DNA of 32,000 nt, taken from contig NZ_CP015137.1 in the NCBI RefSeq assembly GCF_001644705.1, forward strand, positions 270,001 through 302,000, in the 5' to 3' direction. Shown piece after piece: positions 17,078 to 23,587 of the stretch. The translations under genes and the position numbers were made by a program. A model generated the notes under the pieces. It did no database searches. It was not told the origin of the DNA and worked only from the letters and a program-made list of their open reading frames with translations. Each line of letters begins with the position of its first letter. Position 1 is the stretch's first letter. This DNA is from Dickeya solani IPO 2222. GTDB lineage: Bacteria; Pseudomonadota; Gammaproteobacteria; Enterobacterales; Enterobacteriaceae.

Positions 17078-18205
17078 TTAACGCACGTTTTCACTCAATG
17101 TGCGCCCAATAATCTCAATGATGCGGTCCTGATCGCCGGTTTCCAGCCCCGGATAAATGGGCAGACACAGCACAGCGTTGGCGATGTCGGTCGCTACCGG
17201 CAAATTCTCGGCGCTCGCGCTGCCAAGGCCGCGGTACATCGGGAAACTGCTGATCAACGGGTAGAAATACCGGCGTGACATGATGCCGTGCTCTTTTAAG
17301 GCGCCATAAAGTTTCTCGCGCACATCGAACGAGTAATCATTAACAAAAAGCGGGAAATAGGCATAATTCCAGTCAATTGAATCCGGCACGCTCAGCGTCC
17401 TGATGCTATTAATCTGAGCCAGCCCGTCACGGTAATAGCGGTAAATGCGTTTCCTGTCTTCCAGCGCCTGATCGATATAATTCAGTTGCAATAAGCCAAA
17501 CGCCGCCTGCACTTCGTTCATTTTGCCGTTAATGCCGGGGGCAACCACGGTGGTTTCATCCGCAAAGCCGAAGTTTTTCAGATAATCGATCCGTTTCTTC
17601 ATTTTGGCGTCGGGACAAATAATGGCGCCGCCTTCAATGGTGTTGAACACCTTGGTCGCATGGAAACTCAGAATCGAGAGATCGCCATAATTCAGAATAC
17701 TGTCGCCATCCTTTTTCACACCGAAAGAGTGTGCGGCGTCATAAATCACCTTCAGGCCGTAGACATCCGCAATATTCTGGATTCGATCAACATCGCAAGG
17801 AATACCATAACAGTGGACGGGCAGAATGGCGGAGGTGAGCGGCGTAATCGCTTCTTCAATCTTTTTGGGATCCAGGTTGCAGGTAACCGGATCAATATCG
17901 ACAAAGACAGGCTTGAGGTTATTCCACAATAACGAGTGAGATGTCGCCACAAACGAGTAAGGCGTGGTGATGACTTCGCCGGTGATGCGCAACGCCTGCA
18001 GCGCCGTCAGCAGCGCCAGCGTGCCGTTCGTGAACAGACACAGATGTTTAACGCCCAGATATTCAGCCAGAGCGTGCTCAAGCTGCTGGTGAAAAGGTCC
18101 GCCGTTCGTCAGATATTTGTTATCCCATATCTTTTCCAGATAGGGCGTAAATTCATCAAGCGGTGGCAGTAAAGGGCTCGTTACATAGATGTTCTTGCTC
18201 ATCAT
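17078..18205 (-). CDS. DegT/DnrJ/EryC1/StrS-family PLP-dependent sugar aminotransferase (WecE-like)
   Basis: FTNGTLALLTALQAL, VITTPYSFVATSHS, VIYDAAHSFG, and the PLP-lysine motif LSILSFHATKVFNTIEGGAI (compare E. coli WecE FSFHETKNYTAGGEGG). Confidence 0.92.
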   Translation of the reverse strand: MMSKNIYVTSPLLPPLDEFTPYLEKIWDNKYLTNGGPFHQQLEHALAEYLGVKHLCLFTNGTLALLTALQALRITGEVITTPYSFVATSHSLLWNNLKPVFVDIDPVTCNLDPKKIEEAITPLTSAILPVHCYGIPCDVDRIQNIADVYGLKVIYDAAHSFGVKKDGDSILNYGDLSILSFHATKVFNTIEGGAIICPDAKMKKRIDYLKNFGFADETTVVAPGINGKMNEVQAAFGLLQLNYIDQALEDRKRIYRYYRDGLAQINSIRTLSVPDSIDWNYAYFPLFVNDYSFDVREKLYGALKEHGIMSRRYFYPLISSFPMYRGLGSASAENLPVATDIANAVLCLPIYPGLETGDQDRIIEIIGRTLSENVR

Positions 18206-18255
18206 TCACCTGTCCTTGCGCTTATGTCGCCATACATAAAGCCGCATTGTCTGTT

Positions 18256-18273
18256 TATTATCGCTATTATCGC
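18256..18273. repeat. Tandem 2 x 9 bp repeat TATTATCGC in the spacer upstream of the aminotransferase gene
   Basis: TATTATCGCTATTATCGC. On the coding (minus) strand it reads GCGATAATAGCGATAATA, that is, two GATAAT -10-like hexamers. Confidence 0.6.
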
Positions 18274-18293
18274 TGCCACCACCGCCTTGTCAT
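18266..18293 (-). promoter_or_regulatory. Candidate internal sigma70 promoter (ATGACA-N16-GATAAT) for the aminotransferase and downstream genes
   Basis: The minus strand reads ATGACAaggcggtggtggcagcGATAAT, with 5/6 matches in each hexamer. It would give a ~50-nt leader to the ATG at 18205. Confidence 0.3.
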
Positions 18294-18330
18294 CCAGGTG
18301 AAAAGCAGCCCCTTCGGGTTTTACGCGAGC

Positions 18331-21300
18331 TTATGATTCGTTTTCCCAGTCAATGCTGAATGTTCTGGGCTCGTTTCCTTCGCAATAAATCTGCCACGCG
18401 TTGCGTATTGCGCGTTCAAAATAAATGGACGGCGACAAAACGGAATTCATTCTGGCGGCGATACGCCCACGGATTCCGGCGCGCACGTCACTGAGTTTTT
18501 CCAGTGATTGACGCCAGTACAGCGCCTTTTGTACAAACTCGTCTTCTTCCGTCGCGATAAAGTCATCCAGCCCCAGAATACGCATGGTGACGCTGCCTTG
18601 ACGTGAGGCGATGGACTCGCCTTCACGGGTCAGCACCGGCACGCCCATCCAGGCGGCGTGACTCACCGTGGTTCCACCGGTATACGGATAGGTATCCAGC
18701 AACAGGTCCACTTCACGGTGCATTCCCAGATATTCTTTCAGCCCGGTCCGCATGCGGAAAGACAGTTGCTCTTCCTTCACCCCGAACTCGACTAACCGAT
18801 CGCGGAAGTAGTCGATGGTTTCCTGACCCGTCATGTACCCCATGATCAGCCGGGAATCCGGCATCGCCGTCAACACCTTGGCCCACAGGGCCAGCGTTTC
18901 GTCAGTAATTTTCTGCGGACGATTGAAACTGGCAAACGTCAGATAACCGTTTTTCAATGCCGGCAGTTCATTCACTTCCGGGCTATCTTTGACCGGTTCA
19001 AAATATTTCACCGAAGGCAGATAAATGATTTTTTCCGTCAGGTACGGATCGAGCGCGCCCCCCTGGATGTAATGCAAATCAAGCAGGATGTAATCAACGC
19101 TCTTCATACCTGTCGTGCCGGGATAACCAATCCAGGTCATCTGGATCGGTGCGGGTTTCAGCGCCAACACCGGCAACCGGTTATAAGCCGTATGCCCGGA
19201 CAGATCGATCAGGATGTCGATTTCGTCCTTATTGATGAGTGTCGCCAGTTCGAGGTCGCCCATTTTGTCGACATCATGCCAGCCAGCCACGGTCTGTTTT
19301 AGGCTCTCGGCCTTTTCATCGTTACGTTGAAAACTTGAGTAGGCGTAAAGCGAGAACACGCTTCGATCAAGCGAATTCCAGATAGGCTCCAGGAAATTCG
19401 TCACCGGATGGTCGCCAAAGTCGCCGGAAATAAAACCAATGCGTAGCGGGCGCTGTGTTGCTTTATCAAGGGAGTAGGCAAACTGGCAGTGATAGCGCTC
19501 GGCCGCTTCTTCCACCCGCTGACCGAATACAAGGTGCTCCTGAAACAGCTCCTGTGGCGTCACGTTGACATCGTGGGACAGCCCCAGCAGCAGGTTGCTG
19601 TACAGGTGAAACGCCTGAGGCATCAACTCAATGGTCTTACGGTGGTACTGGATGGCGTCCTTCCGCCCCAGATTATGGCACACCATCCCCATATGGCTGA
19701 TAAAGTTGGGGTTTTCTGGCTCAATCTGCAGCGCCTTCTCCATGCACTTAAACGCTGAATCCAGTCTATGGGTGATATTCAACAAAATCGCCAGCGTGTC
19801 CCACGCCAGCCCTTTTTGCTTATCACAACGCAATACTTTTCTGGTCAGCGCCATGCCCTGATGCAGTTCGTTCTTTTTCCAGAAGCACACCGCCAGATCA
19901 ATATAAAAATCCCAGTTGAAAGGCATCAGCGCGATTGCTCTGGTAATGATGCTCAGCGCGCCATCAAAATCGCCGGTACGGACATAGGTGTTCACGAAGG
20001 GATACCAAACCCACAGGTTGTCGGGATAGGTACTGATAATCTCTTCCGCTTTTGTTCTGACATCGGCAAACTGCCCCAGTGTAGTTAGCCGATCAATCTC
20101 TTCGTACACCTTCCGGTTGAGCGGGTTTCTATCCTGCGGCTTATTCTTTTTATGTGTCGACGATTTTTCCGGCTCAACAAAGCCGCCCGCAGTGGTTTCG
20201 CTGGTGTACATCACCAGCGACTGGATATAAACAGCAACCTGCCCGGCATCCGCCTGCACGATCGCTTCCTGCAAGCAGTCCCGCCACGCGCGTGGCGTTC
20301 CCCATATCAGGCCTTTATTACGCAGCGCCCAGAGCTGGCTATAAAACGCCTTATCCTTGTTCAGGGTCGGTGATGATAGCTGTTGCAGGAACTGCCGTTC
20401 GTCACTATCAAGCGACACCGGTTCATGCCAGAAATTGAATGACAGATCGGTCGTGGCAATGCCGGGCAACCCAGCCAGCGTCTTATGCCGGCTGTTTCGG
20501 TAAGTACAATTCCCCATCCGCGTGTAGATGCCATTGATCCCTTTCACAAAAAGGTTCTTTAACGCCTCCAGCACATTCTGCCGATGATTCTCCACTTCTT
20601 TTTCCGGCAACTGGGTATTAAAGACCAATTGATCCAGAGTCAAACTGGCAGGCCAGGCCTCCCCCAACGCATCCAGAATACTTAGTACCACTGGGTTTTC
20701 CGTGCTGATGGTTTCACCACTACTGGAGGTATGGACATTCAGCGTACTGCCATTGCTTGCTGTAACGCGTTGAAAATTTCCCGCCCAGTTGAAATCCGCC
20801 AGCCTGGAAAGATCGGGTTCCGGCAGCACCGCCTCCGCCCTCTCCTGTGGAACCAACATACTGAAGCGCTGGGAACGGTTAACGGCGAAATCAAGATATT
20901 GCTGGCGCAGATAGGTGGTATTTTCAGGGCAAATCGTCTCGTGCAAGCGCGAAACCTGATCGCCGTAATGCCCCGCCAGTTCAGTGTAGGCGCGAACATC
21001 GCCGACATAGGCAAAGCCGGTTTGGGTAATCTGTGAATAGAAATCAACGAAGTAGCAAGGCTGATTCAGCCCCTGCAGATAATGCAGCGCGAAATCCACA
21101 TCGGACTGTTTTTCGGCTTGTTCAATAAAGGTTTTCAGCGCTGCATTCTGGGGGTTATCCGGGGACGTTCCCAAAGACAGGTAAGTCAGCATCGCGCGGG
21201 CGCTGGCTTGTGCCGTATTTTCATCACTGGCGAGGCTGCTGTGAAGCTGAATAGCGTCCCGTAGGATTTCGCCGGTCTTCCAACCGGGATAAGTGTTGTA

Positions 21301-21783
21301 GCAATAGCAGACGATACCTTCCGCAGTCAGATGCTCGCTGCAGAATCGCAGCAGTGCTTCCCGCGTCTCACCACCGATAAGACTGAACAGACCGTGGACA
21401 ATGATGTAATCGAATTTTCCGGGATCGCAAGCCAGCAGAGATTCGAGATCCAGAGCAAATAACGCGATATTGCCCAGTTCGAGCTGTTTTATCAGCGTAC
21501 AGCCTTTTTCAATTTGCTCCGCATCAAGATCAACCCCGACAGACTGCGACTGTGGATTCGCCAGCGCAAAAGGCAGCAAATTGCCGCCATCCTTACACCC
21601 GATCTCAAGCACGCGCGCATTTTCCGGTACAGCCGATGTGATGCCATAAAGATGTGCAGTGGCTTGCAGATGGAAAGGTGCGGTGTAAGGAACAGGAGGG
21701 GCCATCGAACTCAACGGAGTTTTACCAGTATCTTCACCCAGGTCGTCATTATTCGCTAAAGGTTGTGTATCTGGCATGGTCAC
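18331..21783 (-). CDS. 1150-aa fusion protein: class I SAM methyltransferase, a ~390-aa middle region of unknown function (possibly a methyltransferase-regulatory-type domain), TPR repeats, and a GT41 (O-GlcNAc-transferase/SPINDLY-like) glycosyltransferase
   Basis: SAM motif I is VLEIGCKDGGN (aa 58-68). TPR-like helices span about aa 560-735. The GT41 landmarks are LRIGFISGDFGDHPV, IDLSGHTAYNRLPVLALKPAPIQMTWIGYPGTTG, TFASFNRPQKIT (compare OGT FNQLYKI with the catalytic Lys) and LDTYPYTGGTTVSHAAWMGVPVLT (compare OGT [24 protein letters not shown]). The GTG at 21783 has a GAGGGA 8 nt upstream; an alternative ATG lies at 21777. Confidence 0.88.
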   Translation of the reverse strand: MTMPDTQPLANNDDLGEDTGKTPLSSMAPPVPYTAPFHLQATAHLYGITSAVPENARVLEIGCKDGGNLLPFALANPQSQSVGVDLDAEQIEKGCTLIKQLELGNIALFALDLESLLACDPGKFDYIIVHGLFSLIGGETREALLRFCSEHLTAEGIVCYCYNTYPGWKTGEILRDAIQLHSSLASDENTAQASARAMLTYLSLGTSPDNPQNAALKTFIEQAEKQSDVDFALHYLQGLNQPCYFVDFYSQITQTGFAYVGDVRAYTELAGHYGDQVSRLHETICPENTTYLRQQYLDFAVNRSQRFSMLVPQERAEAVLPEPDLSRLADFNWAGNFQRVTASNGSTLNVHTSSSGETISTENPVVLSILDALGEAWPASLTLDQLVFNTQLPEKEVENHRQNVLEALKNLFVKGINGIYTRMGNCTYRNSRHKTLAGLPGIATTDLSFNFWHEPVSLDSDERQFLQQLSSPTLNKDKAFYSQLWALRNKGLIWGTPRAWRDCLQEAIVQADAGQVAVYIQSLVMYTSETTAGGFVEPEKSSTHKKNKPQDRNPLNRKVYEEIDRLTTLGQFADVRTKAEEIISTYPDNLWVWYPFVNTYVRTGDFDGALSIITRAIALMPFNWDFYIDLAVCFWKKNELHQGMALTRKVLRCDKQKGLAWDTLAILLNITHRLDSAFKCMEKALQIEPENPNFISHMGMVCHNLGRKDAIQYHRKTIELMPQAFHLYSNLLLGLSHDVNVTPQELFQEHLVFGQRVEEAAERYHCQFAYSLDKATQRPLRIGFISGDFGDHPVTNFLEPIWNSLDRSVFSLYAYSSFQRNDEKAESLKQTVAGWHDVDKMGDLELATLINKDEIDILIDLSGHTAYNRLPVLALKPAPIQMTWIGYPGTTGMKSVDYILLDLHYIQGGALDPYLTEKIIYLPSVKYFEPVKDSPEVNELPALKNGYLTFASFNRPQKITDETLALWAKVLTAMPDSRLIMGYMTGQETIDYFRDRLVEFGVKEEQLSFRMRTGLKEYLGMHREVDLLLDTYPYTGGTTVSHAAWMGVPVLTREGESIASRQGSVTMRILGLDDFIATEEDEFVQKALYWRQSLEKLSDVRAGIRGRIAARMNSVLSPSIYFERAIRNAWQIYCEGNEPRTFSIDWENES

Positions 21784-21946
21784 AAGGAATTTCCCTCAAT
21801 ACTTTATGCGGAGATAAAATTGTTCGTAGTATATAAGAAAGCCCTTTTCACCAATCCTCTGAGCATCAAATTATAACTTCCCTATTTCGCCGCTTAAGAA
21901 GCCGATTTTTATTCTGATAAATTTATTTATCCCGACTGTGTCACAA

Positions 21947-21980
21947 AATAAAAAACCAACCCCGAAGGGTTGGCTTTTTT
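21947..21980. terminator. fliC Rho-independent terminator (bidirectional architecture)
   Basis: AAATAAAAAA-CCAACCC-CGAA-GGGTTGG-CTTTTTT. Read on the minus strand, it lies ~30 nt after the fliC stop and is followed by TTTTTTATTT. Confidence 0.85.
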
Positions 21981-22010
21981 AATTCGCTACTGCAACTGCG
22001 TAAACAGGGA

Positions 22011-22853
22011 TTACTGCAGCAGTTTCAGAACGGTCTGCGGTACCTGGTTAGCCTGAGCCAGTACAGAAGTACCAGCCTGCTGCAGAATCTGCGCACGGCT
22101 CATGTTAGATACTTCGGTCGCGTAGTCAGCATCCTGGATACGGCTACGTGCGTTGCTCAGGTTGTTGATGGTGTTGCCCAGGTTCTGGATGGTAGACTCG
22201 AAGCGGTTCAGCGTCGCACCGATGTTCGCTTTAGCGGTGTTGATGGTCTGCAGAGCAGTATCAATCGCGGCAACGAGCGCAGTAGAACCTGCTGCTGTAG
22301 ACACGTCGGTATTGGTAGTGGTGATACCCAGGCCGCCGCTGGTGGCGTTGATCAGTGCAGAGCTACCAACAGAGATGGCATCGTTAGCGGTGGTGCCAGA
22401 ACCAACCTGGATGTTGAAACCAGTAGCGTTGACGGAACCGTCCAGCAGAGCTTTACCGTTGAAGTTCGCGCTAGCGGCAACACGGTTGATTTCGTCAACA
22501 CGACGGTTGATTTCAGTCTGGATAGCAGTACGGTCGTTAGTACCGTTGGTGTCGTTCGCTGCCTGTACGGCCAGCTCACGGATACGCTGCAAGTTGTCGT
22601 TGATGGTGTCCAGGTTACCTTCAGCGGTATTTACCAGAGATACGCCGTCGTTAGCATTTTTGGAAGCCTGAGTCAGACCCTTGATCTGAGCAGTCATACC
22701 GTTAACGATACCAGAACCGGCTGCGTTGTCTTTGGCGCTGTTGATAGCCAGGCCAGAGGACAGACGTTCGATAGCAGTCTGCAGGGAAGATTGAGATTTG
22801 TTCAGGTTGGTCTGGGCCAACAGCGACATACTGTTAGTATTAATGACTGCCAT
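22011..22853 (-). CDS. fliC: Flagellin FliC, short form (280 aa; D0/D1 core with a ~55-aa Ser/Thr-rich central segment)
   Basis: The N-terminus MAVINTNSMSLLAQTNLNKSQSSLQTAIERLSSGLAINSAKDNAAG and the C-terminus RSRIQDADYATEVSNMSRAQILQQAGTSVLAQANQVPQTVLKLLQ are canonical flagellin D0/D1. An AGGA Shine-Dalgarno lies 8 nt upstream. Confidence 0.96.
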   Translation of the reverse strand: MAVINTNSMSLLAQTNLNKSQSSLQTAIERLSSGLAINSAKDNAAGSGIVNGMTAQIKGLTQASKNANDGVSLVNTAEGNLDTINDNLQRIRELAVQAANDTNGTNDRTAIQTEINRRVDEINRVAASANFNGKALLDGSVNATGFNIQVGSGTTANDAISVGSSALINATSGGLGITTTNTDVSTAAGSTALVAAIDTALQTINTAKANIGATLNRFESTIQNLGNTINNLSNARSRIQDADYATEVSNMSRAQILQQAGTSVLAQANQVPQTVLKLLQ

Positions 22854-22922
22854 AATTATATTCCTTTCATCTCTATTAATGGGGATGGGCTGTTGCCCCC
22901 GGTGTCATCACCGTCACTAACT

Positions 22923-22949
22923 GTATCGGCCGGGGTAAAACAACCTTTA
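22923..22949 (-). promoter_or_regulatory. sigma28 (FliA) class 3 promoter of fliC
   Basis: The minus strand reads TAAAGGTT-N11-GCCGATAC against the consensus TAAAGTTT-N11-GCCGATAA. An A9 tract sits immediately upstream (UP-like), and the leader is ~60 nt. Confidence 0.8.
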
Positions 22950-23523
22950 GTTTTTTTTTGCAATTTTCGTATCCCCCGGGGAAAAACCATCAGGCCGGCC
23001 ATACGGCAAGGATAATAAAGGGAAGGCAGTAACTTGCAGGGAATGTGATAACCGGTCATTCTGTATTCAGCGGCCCGCTATAAAGTGTAATTAGCATGAA
23101 AGACGGCGTTCGACACCGCGATTAGCAGATATCATGCGTCGGTCATAGATATCGCTGAGACGAATTAAAAGCGCCGCTCCACTCTCTATACTTTATACAG
23201 GTATCTGGCGTATCGCCCTGGCGCGCTGACAGGACACAATGAAGGTTTCATCGCAGGCGAGTCAAAATATCAGCCGATAACGCAGTCATGTGGACTGGGC
23301 ATTCCCATCCAACGATGCGGATACGATGTTGCAAGCTTCTATATGCAATCAGCCAAGCGATACTGGCGACACACTCAACGCCGTCAGCAAGCCGAAAAGC
23401 GCTCGATTGCAGCGGTTGCTCCCGGCATCATGCGTATCGTGCTGAGATAAAATCCTGCAGACAGGTCATGCGTGATGGAAATCAGGGAGGATAACGATTA
23501 CGCTGAAATTTACATTACGTCTG

Positions 23524-23550
23524 TAAACTTTTCGTATACAGTGCCGATAA
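23524..23550 (+). promoter_or_regulatory. sigma28 (FliA) class 3 promoter of fliDST
   Basis: TAAACTTT-N11-GCCGATAA (perfect -10, 7/8 in the -35), 38 nt upstream of the fliD ATG. Confidence 0.85.
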
Positions 23551-23587
23551 GACTGTCAGTTCACAATTTAAACGGAAGGGTATCTCT

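Noticed and set aside
23273-23280. A second perfect GCCGATAA as an additional sigma28 promoter.
   Set aside because: There is no TAAAGTTT-like -35 at the required 10-12 nt spacing (the sequence there is CAGGCGAG). It is kept only as an oddity in a finding.
23288-23494. A 68-aa ORF in the fliC-fliD spacer.
   Set aside because: It has no ribosome-binding site, its sequence is Cys/Arg/His-rich and atypical, and it has no recognisable motif. It is likely spurious.
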